64,000 nucleotides of DNA, taken from the NCBI GenBank assembly GCA_965203295.1, contig CBDBCZ010000019.1, positions 2,016,001 through 2,080,000 of the forward strand, in the 5' to 3' direction. Source of the DNA: Nitrospirales bacterium. GTDB lineage: Bacteria > Nitrospirota > Nitrospiria > Nitrospirales > UBA8639. Numbering within the stretch: the first letter of the stretch is position 1; every line of letters begins with the position of its first letter. A program made the translations under genes and the position numbers. The notes under the pieces were generated by a model that saw nothing but the letters and a program-made list of their open reading frames with translations, was not told where the DNA came from and did not search any database. Of this stretch, positions 31,949-41,382 are shown piece after piece.

Positions 31949-32977
31949 ATGCGTCCAGGTCTCAAGATTGCACTTTCTCTCACGTTCATGATTCTGACAT
32001 TCCTGCACAGTTTCTTTTCCCTTCCTTCCTGGGCTTCTGGAAAAATCGTTATCTATTCTGGACGGGCCGAGCGTCTGATTAAATCAGCGCTTGACGAATT
32101 TCAATCTCAAACCGGCATTCAAGTTGACATGCTGACAGGAGAAAGCACTCAACTGATTAATCGCCTTCAAGCAGAAGGAAAACATACTCCAGCGGACGTA
32201 TTCATTACCAACGATGCTGGTACTTTGGAAAGAGCCAGAAAACTGAAATTGCTCCGCCCCTTAAATATGAAAGAAATTAATCGTGCGATCCCTTCACATT
32301 TTCGTGCTCCAGACAATAGCTGGGTAGGGTTATCAGGCCGAATATGGGTTGTGGTCTACAACACCAATCTCGTCAAGCCCAACCAAATTACTTCCATTTT
32401 GGATTTGGCTGATCCTCAGTGGAAAGGAAAGATTGGGATCACGAATGCAGGAAGTGTGTATCTTCAAACAGGAGTTTCTGTCATTCGGGCTATCAAAGGT
32501 GAGGGAGAAACGGAACGATTCCTCAAGGGGCTCAAGGCGAATGCCGGCAATGCCGTCTATGGGAAAAATCGTCAAATTGTTGCAGCCGTTGCCCAAGGGG
32601 AACTCGCTGCTGGAATCGTGAATCATTATTATATTTACCGCCACCTTGCCAAACACCCCGATGCTCCCATTGCTCTTCGCCTGACTGACCAAAGTCCTCA
32701 AGGAATGGGGGTCATTATGAATGCCTCCGGCATAGGCGTCACCGCCTATTCCAAAAACGTGGATGAAGCGAAGCGCTTGGTTCAGTTTCTTGTTTCAAAA
32801 GCTGGACAGAAGATATTTGCCGATGTGAATAAAGAATATTCCCTGCATCCTGGCGTGAAGGCAGATCCAGCTCTCCCGCCACGGGACAGTTTTCATGTCG
32901 CCCAAGTTCCACTCACTCAGTTGGCAGATTTACGTGATCCAACTCTGACTGCGATTGAACGTATTGGCCTCCGCTAA
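31949..32977 (+). CDS. Fe3+ ABC transporter substrate-binding protein (FbpA/FutA family)
   Basis: YSGR, AEGKHTPADVF, NHYY tyrosine pair. Confidence 0.88.
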   Translation: MRPGLKIALSLTFMILTFLHSFFSLPSWASGKIVIYSGRAERLIKSALDEFQSQTGIQVDMLTGESTQLINRLQAEGKHTPADVFITNDAGTLERARKLKLLRPLNMKEINRAIPSHFRAPDNSWVGLSGRIWVVVYNTNLVKPNQITSILDLADPQWKGKIGITNAGSVYLQTGVSVIRAIKGEGETERFLKGLKANAGNAVYGKNRQIVAAVAQGELAAGIVNHYYIYRHLAKHPDAPIALRLTDQSPQGMGVIMNASGIGVTAYSKNVDEAKRLVQFLVSKAGQKIFADVNKEYSLHPGVKADPALPPRDSFHVAQVPLTQLADLRDPTLTAIERIGLR

Positions 32978-34580
32978 CGGCTTCATTGCTCCTTCCCGAG
33001 TGTCTTGGGTCTTCCCCTCTTCTCTTTCAATTTTGGCCCTGAGTTTAGCTGGGCTTATCGCTCTTCCATTAGTGTATGTCTGTTATACAGCCCTTTCCGT
33101 GGACCTTCCCGTTTGGCAACGACTGTGGACGACTCGTATACCTGAACTCTTTCTGAACACCCTTTCCTTAGCTGTGGGAGTTTCCTTCGGTACCTTGCTG
33201 ATCGGAATCTCCCTTGCCTGGATCCTGACACGGTATCGATTTCCAGGAAGCCAGATCTGGGAATGGGCCGTCATCCTTCCCCTTGCCATACCTTCCTATG
33301 TCCTCGCATACATCTATACCTATCTCCTCGGACGAGGAGGCCCCCTTGAGAAACTATGGCAAGGGTTGATGGGACCAGAAAGCCACCTGTTTTCTCCATT
33401 CAGTTTTTGGGGGGCTGACTTAGTCATGACTCTCAATACCTTTCCCTTTATCTATCTGTTGACTAGAGCAGCCTTTGCAAACTTCAATGTCTGTTTTGAA
33501 GAAGTCGCTCGTGCCTCTGGAGCCGGCCCAGTTCGAAGATTTTTCTTTGTCTCATTACCGATGATCCGGCCATCCTTAATCGCCGGCCTGTTTTTAGCCA
33601 TTCTCTACGTTGTCTCGGATTTTGGAGCCGTGGCCCTTTTGCGATACCAAACCTTTACCTATGCCATCTACCAACAGATGACCAGCCGCTACGACTATAC
33701 CGCAGCGGCGTGTCTTAGTCTTTTGTTGGTTCTCTGCGCATTCCTCTTTTTATTCGCTGAGCGCCGGTTCAGAAAGCAAAGTCGTTTTTTCCAAACAACA
33801 GGCCCTTTCCGTCGGATCACACCGAAACCTTGTACTCCCATGTTCACCTTTCTCGTCACTGGTTATTTCATTCTCATTGTCAGCGCAGCTTTCGGCTTGC
33901 CTCTTGTCCTCCTGATAGATTGGACCATGGGCGCCGCAGTCCAGGGAAATGTGACCATCCGGTTTATCGAATTCGTTTGGAACAGTATGGTGTTGTCAGG
34001 CTCAGCTGCGACCTTAGCCATCATTATCGGGACCCCGCTGGCCTACTTGGCGTGGCGACGCCCCACAACGCTCAATATTTTTTGCCTCCAGGGAGCATAT
34101 GCCGGGTATGTCCTTCCCGGCCCTGTTGCCGCATTAGCGTTGTTAATGCTCGTCATGGAAAATATTCCTATTCTTTTCGGTACAGTATGGATTCTGATTC
34201 TGGCCTATCTTGTACATTTTTTGCCCGCTGGTCTTCAGGCAATGGAATCTGCGCTACAGCAGGTTAAGCCGAATTTGGAGGAAGCTGCACGAAGTCTGGG
34301 GTCGCGAGGAATTCGGAGCTTTTATGAAGTCACCCTCCCCTTGGTTCGAGGAGGATTTTTTAGTGCATGGATTTTGATTTTCATCCAATGCATGAAAGAA
34401 TTACCTGCAACGCTCTTATTGCGGCCTGTGGGGTTTGATACTCTAGCGGTGCGAATATGGTTGGAAGCCAGCGAAGAGTTGTATCAACTGGCTGCGCCCC
34501 CTGCCCTTTTGCTTATTATGATGACGATCCCTGTGGTAATCCTCTTAACGAGAAAAATGAATCGAATCAGCAGAGGATAA
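32955..34580 (+). CDS. Fe3+ ABC transporter permease (FbpB family)
   Basis: Two EAA-type loops (EEVARASG, EEAARSLG), DFGAV, KELPATLLLRP. Confidence 0.9.
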   Translation: MNVLASANGFIAPSRVSWVFPSSLSILALSLAGLIALPLVYVCYTALSVDLPVWQRLWTTRIPELFLNTLSLAVGVSFGTLLIGISLAWILTRYRFPGSQIWEWAVILPLAIPSYVLAYIYTYLLGRGGPLEKLWQGLMGPESHLFSPFSFWGADLVMTLNTFPFIYLLTRAAFANFNVCFEEVARASGAGPVRRFFFVSLPMIRPSLIAGLFLAILYVVSDFGAVALLRYQTFTYAIYQQMTSRYDYTAAACLSLLLVLCAFLFLFAERRFRKQSRFFQTTGPFRRITPKPCTPMFTFLVTGYFILIVSAAFGLPLVLLIDWTMGAAVQGNVTIRFIEFVWNSMVLSGSAATLAIIIGTPLAYLAWRRPTTLNIFCLQGAYAGYVLPGPVAALALLMLVMENIPILFGTVWILILAYLVHFLPAGLQAMESALQQVKPNLEEAARSLGSRGIRSFYEVTLPLVRGGFFSAWILIFIQCMKELPATLLLRPVGFDTLAVRIWLEASEELYQLAAPPALLLIMMTIPVVILLTRKMNRISRG

Positions 34581-34684
34581 CTCTCCAGCCTCAATCATTC
34601 GCTGATCCTTCACTCTGATTGACCAAAAAGGTCACTCCTCTTATGGATTGATAAACCGACCATCTGATAGACTGACCCCATTCC

Positions 34685-35782
34685 GTGCGTGCTCTCATGA
34701 CTTCACCTTCTGCCGACTCTTTACACACAAGCCAATCGCACCCTGTTCTTGCGCTGCAAAAGGTGACCTGTTCTTATCAAGCGGGATTTCCAGCCATCCA
34801 AAACATCTCTCTTTCCGCCGCGCAGGGGGAAATCATCTGTTTGCTAGGCCCGTCAGGATGCGGAAAAACGACGACTCTTCGAGCCATAGCAGGGTTTGAG
34901 ACTCTTGTATCAGGCGAAATATATTTAAACGGGCAGGTGGTCTCATCTCATTCGAAACATATCCCCCCGGAACGTCGACGAATTGGAATGGTATTTCAAG
35001 ATTATGCCTTGTTTCCCCACCTTCGAGTTGTGGACAATATCGCCTTTGGTCTGACTCACCTTCCTTCATCAGAACGTCTGGAAAGAGTCAAACATGTGCT
35101 TTCGCTCACGGGTCTTTCCCAATTGGAACGCCGATTTCCTCACGAGTTGTCTGGCGGACAACAGCAACGAGTGGCATTGGCGCGTGCTTTAGCCCCTCAG
35201 CCAGTGCTGCTATTATTGGACGAACCATTCAGCAACTTGGATCCTGACATGACATATAAAATGCGAGGCGAACTTCACCAACTGTTAAAGGAGACGAAAA
35301 CAACCGCTGTCTTAGTCACCCACGACCATGAAGAAGCCTTCACGATGGCTGATCATGTTGCGGTATTGCAGGAAGGATCGCTCGCACAGTTTGATACGCC
35401 TGAAAATATCTACCATTTGCCCACTTCACAATTTGTGGCGGAATTTGTGGGACAGGCTGATTTCGTCCCCGGTGTCATTGAAGATGGGGTTCCTATGACT
35501 GAGATTGGCCAATTTCCCAAACCCGAACAATATCAGGGAGGAAAAGAGGTTTGGCTTCTCATCAGACCCGATGATATCGGCATTGCCGACCCAGGGAAGG
35601 GAACGGCCACAATCGAATCTCGTCAATTTCGAGGATCTGAAAATCTCTACACGATTCAGCTCGCATCTGGCCAAATTATTCATTCCAGCGAAAGCTCCAC
35701 GACCATGTATTCTCCAGGTACCCCCGTGGAACTCAATATTCATGCAACCCATACCGTCCTGTTTGAACGTTCCTCTCCCTAA
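34685..35782 (+). CDS. Fe3+ ABC transporter ATPase (FbpC family)
   Basis: GPSGCGKT, FQDYALFPHL, LSGGQQQR, DEPFSNLD, C-terminal TOBE region. Confidence 0.9.
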   Translation: MRALMTSPSADSLHTSQSHPVLALQKVTCSYQAGFPAIQNISLSAAQGEIICLLGPSGCGKTTTLRAIAGFETLVSGEIYLNGQVVSSHSKHIPPERRRIGMVFQDYALFPHLRVVDNIAFGLTHLPSSERLERVKHVLSLTGLSQLERRFPHELSGGQQQRVALARALAPQPVLLLLDEPFSNLDPDMTYKMRGELHQLLKETKTTAVLVTHDHEEAFTMADHVAVLQEGSLAQFDTPENIYHLPTSQFVAEFVGQADFVPGVIEDGVPMTEIGQFPKPEQYQGGKEVWLLIRPDDIGIADPGKGTATIESRQFRGSENLYTIQLASGQIIHSSESSTTMYSPGTPVELNIHATHTVLFERSSP

Positions 35783-35946
35783 TTGTCCATTTTTCCAGCA
35801 CTTTTCTTTCGACACCGCTGTCGACATTATACATAGACCATCACCCCACACTACTTTCTCATTCGCTTCTAAGATGGAAGTGGTTATATAATAACGAGAG
35901 TGAGTGTTACGTAGAATTCGACTGAATGTTAAAGGAGGAGGAAACC

Positions 35947-36615
35947 ATGAAAAGAATGGGAATACGATTATCAGCATGGTTGGCCGCTTTCTTGGTGGGG
36001 AGTGCCTTGACCTTGGCAATGGCCATTCCCTCCCAAGCCATCGAGTATCCACATGGTACGACCCATGGTGATGTTGGACATCATGGGAAAGGCTCCTCAA
36101 GCCATGGCATGAGTCATCCTGGGACGGGGCATGGATCCGGATTGGGACACCATGGTACAGGGTCACGCCACGGCATGGGCGCTCGTCATGGAGCTCATCA
36201 AAACGCTAGCGATTTCATCAAGCACGTGTTGAAGTTCAAGGATGGGATGGCCATTACTCAAGATCAAGAAAGGCGCCTCAAGGCTATCAACATCACGTAC
36301 AAGAAAACTCGGATAAAAATGAAAGCCGAAGTCAAGCTTGCAAACCTTGATTTACACGAAACACTGAAGAATGAAACTTCGAGTCTGTCTGATATCGAAT
36401 CGCAACTCAAGAATGTTCATGCTCTCAAGGCTGATCTCTATCTGGCATCAATTAAAGCCAAGCGTGAGGCTAAGGGTGTTCTCACCGATGAGCAGCGGAA
36501 ACGAATGAAAGCCGTTCATGATCGCATCAAAGGCTATGGATCAAAAATGATGCGATCGGGTCACCCTGGCTGGTATAAACACCACGGGAAGGGAAAAGAC
36601 AACGATACGTATTAA
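35947..36615 (+). CDS. Periplasmic Spy/CpxP/ZraP-like protein with His/Gly-rich N-terminal arm
   Basis: GGAGGAG RBS, signal peptide, His-rich linker, ITQDQ and LTDEQ (LTxxQ) motifs. Confidence 0.75.
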   Translation: MKRMGIRLSAWLAAFLVGSALTLAMAIPSQAIEYPHGTTHGDVGHHGKGSSSHGMSHPGTGHGSGLGHHGTGSRHGMGARHGAHQNASDFIKHVLKFKDGMAITQDQERRLKAINITYKKTRIKMKAEVKLANLDLHETLKNETSSLSDIESQLKNVHALKADLYLASIKAKREAKGVLTDEQRKRMKAVHDRIKGYGSKMMRSGHPGWYKHHGKGKDNDTY

Positions 36616-36634
36616 TCAAGTTTAAGAATGATCA

Positions 36635-36672
36635 CTCATGAAAAAGGGGCCAAGCGCCCACTTTTTCATGAG
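36635..36672. terminator. Bidirectional intrinsic terminator between convergent genes
   Basis: CTCATGAAAAAGGGGC-caagc-GCCCACTTTTTCATGAG. Confidence 0.7.
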
Positions 36673-36680
36673 GAACAATT

Positions 36681-37031
36681 TCAGCATCCCTTTTGCGAGG
36701 CACCTTGGATAAACCCTGTTTTATCCATTTCAAAGGTCATCTCGCAGGTTCTTGATGATCCATAGAGCTGGCTACCAGAAGGACGTCGAGAGATCTTTGT
36801 CCTATAGATCGCCTTTCGCCACCCTCCCGGCAATTCTACCTCTTCCGTAGGTGTTCCAAATGTAGCCACGAGTTCTTCGCGATGAAGGCCGTTCCATTCA
36901 TCCATTGGTGCTGCTGATAAAGAACATCCCCCTACCAAACTCAGAACAGCGATCACAGATAAGTTTCGCAGGAGTCGTAACCCGCCTTGGTGGCGTGGCC
37001 TTGGGCCACTATGATTGCATTGGGCATTCAT
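36681..37031 (-). CDS. Hypothetical lipoprotein
   Basis: LVGGC lipobox; start overlaps the apbE stop (ATGA). Confidence 0.6.
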   Translation of the reverse strand: MNAQCNHSGPRPRHQGGLRLLRNLSVIAVLSLVGGCSLSAAPMDEWNGLHREELVATFGTPTEEVELPGGWRKAIYRTKISRRPSGSQLYGSSRTCEMTFEMDKTGFIQGASQKGC

Positions 37032-38068
37032 CGGGCGCGTCCAAACCCTTTCCTAGTCGGAGAAGGCGATTCTTCTATCTGTAACCGGCCTTGAAGACCA
37101 GAGGAAATCCATATCTCACCTTTTTCATCAACGATAACAGCCTCGACCCCAGGCAAGCTTTCAACAAGAGCGATTCCTTGCTCTGAACCCATGACAAAAA
37201 TTCCCGTGTCTAGTCCATCGGCCACAACCCCTTCTTTCGCGATGACCGTTGCACTCTGGGATGATCGTGCAGGCTTCAATGTCCTCGGGTCTAAAATATG
37301 ATGATACCGCACATTATCACGGATGAAGAAACGTTGATAATCCCCAGCAGTGGATACCGCTTCATTTTCCAACTCCAACCGCGCCAAGAATTGGCCCTGT
37401 TCTTTACGTGGGTGTTGAATACCAAAGAGAAACTTCTGTCCATCTGGCATAAGCCCAAACGTTTTAATATCACCGGACAAAGCCACCACACCAGCCGTTG
37501 CTCCTGCTGCCTGCATTTTCGTCGCAGCAAGGTCTGCTGCGAACCCTTTTCCAATACCCCCGATATCGACCTGCATCCCTTTCTTAGTCAAGAACACTGT
37601 CTGATCTTCTTGTTTAATTTTAAGGCTCGATAGATCCGTGAGAGGAAGAATATCTGTCAATTCTTGATCCGAGGGTAGTTGCCCCTCTTGGCTGGCTCTC
37701 CAGACAGAAACTGCAGGTCCAACCATAATATTGAAACCTCCTCGAGTCAGAATCGCCATCTCTAGGGAACGCTCTAAGACTTCAAGAGTATCGCGACTCA
37801 CTGAAACAGGGTTTTCTCCAGCAGATGCATTGACCTGAGAAAGCTCACTCTCCGGAATCCAAATGCTCAAGAGCTTTTCCAAACGCTGGATCTCACTCAA
37901 ACCCGCTTCTGCCGCTTCTTGGGCTGTGTTTTCATCTTGCGCCACAGCCGTCACGAATACCAGGGTGCCCATGAGCATTTGGCTTCGTTTGACGACTGAA
38001 GACGTCGATTGAAAGCCGCTTAAAATAAGACCGGTCAAAACGACGAAAAGGATCGAAAAATAGGACAT
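37028..38068 (-). CDS. apbE: FAD:protein FMN transferase
   Basis: MGT, SELSQVN, DIGGIGKGFAAD, STAGDYQRF, YHHILDPRT, ADGLDT. Confidence 0.93.
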   Translation of the reverse strand: MSYFSILFVVLTGLILSGFQSTSSVVKRSQMLMGTLVFVTAVAQDENTAQEAAEAGLSEIQRLEKLLSIWIPESELSQVNASAGENPVSVSRDTLEVLERSLEMAILTRGGFNIMVGPAVSVWRASQEGQLPSDQELTDILPLTDLSSLKIKQEDQTVFLTKKGMQVDIGGIGKGFAADLAATKMQAAGATAGVVALSGDIKTFGLMPDGQKFLFGIQHPRKEQGQFLARLELENEAVSTAGDYQRFFIRDNVRYHHILDPRTLKPARSSQSATVIAKEGVVADGLDTGIFVMGSEQGIALVESLPGVEAVIVDEKGEIWISSGLQGRLQIEESPSPTRKGFGRAR

Positions 38069-38074
38069 GAACGA

Positions 38075-38725
38075 CTAACTCGTGTGATGCCGCATGAAAT
38101 ATCTAAAACGGGGGTATGGCACGACTTCGAAAAGGCGGGCTTCATAAACTTCTGGGTTGAGTGAGAGAGAGGTGATGGGAAGGTGGGATAATTCCGGATA
38201 ATCGCTTGGAGATAAATCCTTTGAAGAGTCAGGATTTGCCGAAACAGAAATCGTCATTTTTCTGTCATAGTATGGTGATGAAATTTGAACATCCCAGTAC
38301 CCCGAATCATAGATTCCCTTCCCCTCAATGTGAAACGTGAGAGAGAGTTGAGCCATCGAACGAAAGACCCCTTCTTGAATTTGAATCCGCGTGACTTCAT
38401 ATTCTCCATCAGGAAGTGGGAGATAAAAGGACGAATCCTTAGCTTCCACATCGACTCGATAGCGTTGCCTGGTTTGGCGATTTGTGATTTCAAAAAAACG
38501 CACCTCCGGGTGATAACGACGATTTGATGGGCCTGAGAGATCAGATGCGATTCGTCCAAAGACCAAGGAGGAACCTGAGGGAACCTTAGCAGGATGGGCC
38601 TGGAATGTGTTCACACCCCCCCATAGCCCTAACTGAATGGTTATCAAAAACGCCAGCAATCTCACGATATGAACCCTTCCATATTGATATATATAGCAGG
38701 ATTCTTGACCTATTTCCAAGCACAA
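38075..38725 (-). CDS. Hypothetical exported protein
   Basis: Long ORF with hydrophobic N-terminus, co-oriented with apbE; start uncertain. Confidence 0.55.
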   Translation of the reverse strand: MCLEIGQESCYIYQYGRVHIVRLLAFLITIQLGLWGGVNTFQAHPAKVPSGSSLVFGRIASDLSGPSNRRYHPEVRFFEITNRQTRQRYRVDVEAKDSSFYLPLPDGEYEVTRIQIQEGVFRSMAQLSLTFHIEGKGIYDSGYWDVQISSPYYDRKMTISVSANPDSSKDLSPSDYPELSHLPITSLSLNPEVYEARLFEVVPYPRFRYFMRHHTS

Positions 38726-38757
38726 TCAAGGCAATCGATGGAATTCATAGGGTCCCC

Positions 38758-38804
38758 TTGACAATGGCAGAATTTTTTCTGTATTAATAATAATTCTCAT
38801 TTTC
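38758..38804 (+). promoter_or_regulatory. Sigma70 promoter with Fur box
   Basis: TTGACA 38758, TATTAA 38782; 38786-38804 reverse complement GAAAATGAGAATTATTATT = 15/19 to GATAATGATAATCATTATC. Confidence 0.7.
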
Positions 38805-38837
38805 ATAAAGAATTAAAATCCAGAATCAAAATCACAG

Positions 38838-39047
38838 ATGAAAATCTCAAAGAACGAAACAGATTGCAACCTTCTCACGATCTCCAAGCCAGACTATGAC
38901 CTACCCGAAGCACGCTGCCATTGCGGTCACTTAGTCGCTCGGTTACGAGAAACCGGAGTGGAATTAAAATGCAAGCGGTGCAAACAGATTGCACTCATTC
39001 CCTTTGAGCACATGGCCGAATTCCAAGACCCTAAATGGGCTGACTGA
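38838..39047 (+). CDS. Com-like (phage Mu Com family) Cys4 zinc-ribbon protein
   Basis: EARCHCGHLVAR...GVELKCKRCKQI matches the RCxxCxKLLA...IKCxRC layout with a shortened first knuckle. Confidence 0.65.
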   Translation: MKISKNETDCNLLTISKPDYDLPEARCHCGHLVARLRETGVELKCKRCKQIALIPFEHMAEFQDPKWAD

Positions 39048-39154
39048 AAACTTTTACACATAACTTGATTGCTCAGAGCACCACGGCCATTTAACACGAA
39101 TAGAATATAAACCCATAGCCAAGAAGGTTTCATAGCACCGTATAACATTTCATT

Positions 39155-39213
39155 GAGGGCCTAAGAGTCCCCTGTTGAACTTAAGAGGACCATCGAGTTC
39201 CAACTTAGTGGAG
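39155..39213 (+). promoter_or_regulatory. Two tandem GAGNNCC-N3-GAGNNCC boxes plus anti-SD hairpin in the porin leader
   Basis: GAGGGCC-TAA-GAGTCCC (39155-39171) and GAGGACC-ATC-GAGTTCC (39185-39201); TTCCA 39198-39202 can pair with TGGAG 39209-39213 (SD). Confidence 0.6.
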
Positions 39214-39221
39214 TAAGATTT

Positions 39222-40667
39222 ATGAAACGATGGTTTTTTCTGTGGGCTCTCTCTCCCTTGATGATTGGCTCAATTCTTTTTGGTTTCACGAGCCAGCTCT
39301 CCGCCGAAGAACTCACGCCTGCCCAACAAGAGGCTGTTCAGAAGGCTGTCCAACAATACCTCAAAGAACAAGGGTACATTGACAGTGGGATGACGCAATC
39401 TGCCGCACCCCCCACTGGATTTGGACAACCTGCTCCCCAATCGAGCAAAAAGAGTCTTGAAGAATTGTCCAAACCCACAAGTGCCACCAACAAATACGGA
39501 TCAACGATGGAGGGATCAGGTAAATTGATCTATGCTCGTCCCTTCGTGTCTTCACCGAAAGCCATTCTCGGTGGTTACTTTGATTTCGAATATTGGAACA
39601 AAGCCAACGATGGGAAAAATAGCTATTTTGACCAGCATCGACTCGTTCCGTTCATTTACGGTGACGTCAGCGAACACGTCAAATTTGCTGCAGAAATCGA
39701 GATCGAGCATGGTGCGGGAAATGAAGACGGAAACACAGACGTGAAAGTGGAATTCGCCTCCATGGATTATCTGGTGACAGAGCCCTTAAACTTCCGGGCC
39801 GGCATCCTTCTCCTTCCACTCGGTAAGTTTAACCTGCTCCATGACGCGCCACTCCGGGACCTCACCGAACGACCCTTGGTAGCGCAACGAATTATCCCAT
39901 CAACCCTTCACCAGCCAGGGGTCGGCCTATACGGCACCTTTTACCCCACGATCTTATCCCAGTTGAACTACGAATTATACGTCACGAGTGGATTTACGGA
40001 CGCCTTTGGTACCGATGATGCGACTGCTGCTTCAAATATCAATACTTCGAATGGATTACGGTCTGCTCGAACCAACGACACAAGTTTTGACAACAATCAA
40101 GGAAAAGCAATGGTAGGACGTGTCGCCTTTAGCCCAATCCTCGGAGTGGAGCTTGGCGGGTCTGGATTTGGCGGTACTTACGACAAAAACGGCGACAGAA
40201 TGCTCTACATCTGGGCGCTTGATTGGACCATTCAACGTGGGCCTTTTGAACTCATCGGAGAAAGCGCCTGGGCTTACATCGAAGAGAACAATTTACAACA
40301 GGGCAACAATATGCCAGTAGCGTCTCTCACCAACTCCGAGCGGATGTGGGGTTACTATATACAGGCTAATTACCACTTTCTTCCGCAGTGGTTGACAAAT
40401 CTGGCCCCATCGCATTTCAGACAGGAAATTTCGACTTTGACTGCTGTGGTACGGTGGGAAGAACTGAATCTTGGCGCGGATCTTGACGATAATACTGAGG
40501 CTGGCAAATCAGGAGAACGACAACGCGTGACGTTTGGGTTCAATTTCCGGCCCACCGAAGACTCGGTCGTCAAACTGGATTATCAATACAGTCCAAAGGA
40601 CGTCAACACTGAAGGAGAAAGAATCCAGGACTATGGGTTTGTAGGCTCTGTCGCCACTTATTTCTAA
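39222..40667 (+). CDS. Outer-membrane beta-barrel (OprO/P-like porin)
   Basis: Signal peptide, N-terminal helical extension, amphipathic beta strands, EIEIEH, C-terminal ATYF. Confidence 0.75.
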   Translation: MKRWFFLWALSPLMIGSILFGFTSQLSAEELTPAQQEAVQKAVQQYLKEQGYIDSGMTQSAAPPTGFGQPAPQSSKKSLEELSKPTSATNKYGSTMEGSGKLIYARPFVSSPKAILGGYFDFEYWNKANDGKNSYFDQHRLVPFIYGDVSEHVKFAAEIEIEHGAGNEDGNTDVKVEFASMDYLVTEPLNFRAGILLLPLGKFNLLHDAPLRDLTERPLVAQRIIPSTLHQPGVGLYGTFYPTILSQLNYELYVTSGFTDAFGTDDATAASNINTSNGLRSARTNDTSFDNNQGKAMVGRVAFSPILGVELGGSGFGGTYDKNGDRMLYIWALDWTIQRGPFELIGESAWAYIEENNLQQGNNMPVASLTNSERMWGYYIQANYHFLPQWLTNLAPSHFRQEISTLTAVVRWEELNLGADLDDNTEAGKSGERQRVTFGFNFRPTEDSVVKLDYQYSPKDVNTEGERIQDYGFVGSVATYF

Positions 40668-40694
40668 AGAAGGATCAAGACGAGGCCTGAAGAG

Positions 40695-40731
40695 AAGGAG
40701 GGGTGGGTTGGTCCACCCCTTCTTAGTTTTT
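40695..40731 (+). terminator. Intrinsic terminator after porin
   Basis: AGGGGTGG-gttggt-CCACCCCT followed by TCTTAGTTTTT. Confidence 0.65.
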
Positions 40732-40804
40732 ATGACTCCTTACTTAATTGCGACCCCGCTCTCGAGCGACCGTTCATGAGACAGTCGTAGCTCAAACCAA
40801 TCGG

Positions 40805-40867
40805 TTGACCGAGATATGATGGAATGCTACAATCTGAAGATTATTAATCATAATGAGAATCAACTTC
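40805..40867 (+). promoter_or_regulatory. Sigma70 promoter with downstream Fur-like box
   Basis: TTGACC-17 bp-TACAAT with extended TG; CATAATGAGAATCAACTTC (40849-40867) = 14/19 to Fur consensus. Confidence 0.6.
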
Positions 40868-40902
40868 ATAATGTAAGATTTTGATTCTTAATCTCAATTT
40901 TC

Positions 40903-41382
40903 ATGTTACATGGAACCCCTTTTCTTCTTCTGTTTGCAAGCCTAGCCTTTACTACAGCAGGCTGTTCGATTTTGGAGGGAAATACACTGTCTTCCGAACG
41001 ATACATGACCTGCCCTCAGGAATCTGTCTGGGAAGGCGCTTTGGAGATTCTTGAGCCCTACCCCGTCACCCTGAAGGACCAATCTAACGGTATCATTGAA
41101 ACTGGCTGGTTGGAACGCCCTGTCACTGGTCGTCCTTATGGGCTTTTTGCGCGAGAAGGATTAGGTGAGAGGGAACGATCACGTCTCACCTTTACCGTCA
41201 AACCGATCCAAGACGGGGTCGTCGTCGTCAGGCTGACCGAACGACGACAGCATTGGGGATTTCGCGGTGGCAATCAGATCTATAAATGGTATCCAGTGGA
41301 ACCTTCCAAGAAAGCGCTGGATGGAGTCATGAACGATCTCACCGCCCAACTCGATAAAGATGGATGTTTCATCGAATCATGA
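40903..41382 (+). CDS. Hypothetical lipoprotein
   Basis: TAGC lipobox; GIIETGW motif reminiscent of BamC/NlpB-like folds. Confidence 0.65.
   Translation: MLHGTPFLLLFASLAFTTAGCSILEGNTLSSERYMTCPQESVWEGALEILEPYPVTLKDQSNGIIETGWLERPVTGRPYGLFAREGLGERERSRLTFTVKPIQDGVVVVRLTERRQHWGFRGGNQIYKWYPVEPSKKALDGVMNDLTAQLDKDGCFIES

Noticed and set aside
35426..36166. 246-aa minus-strand ORF and the many other short overlapping ORFs in the track
   Set aside because: Antisense or alternate-frame shadows of well-supported genes, with no recognisable motifs
38838..39047. Prophage remnant implied by the Com-like gene
   Set aside because: No mom/methylase, structural, integrase or transposase genes nearby; it is embedded in a Fur-boxed operon
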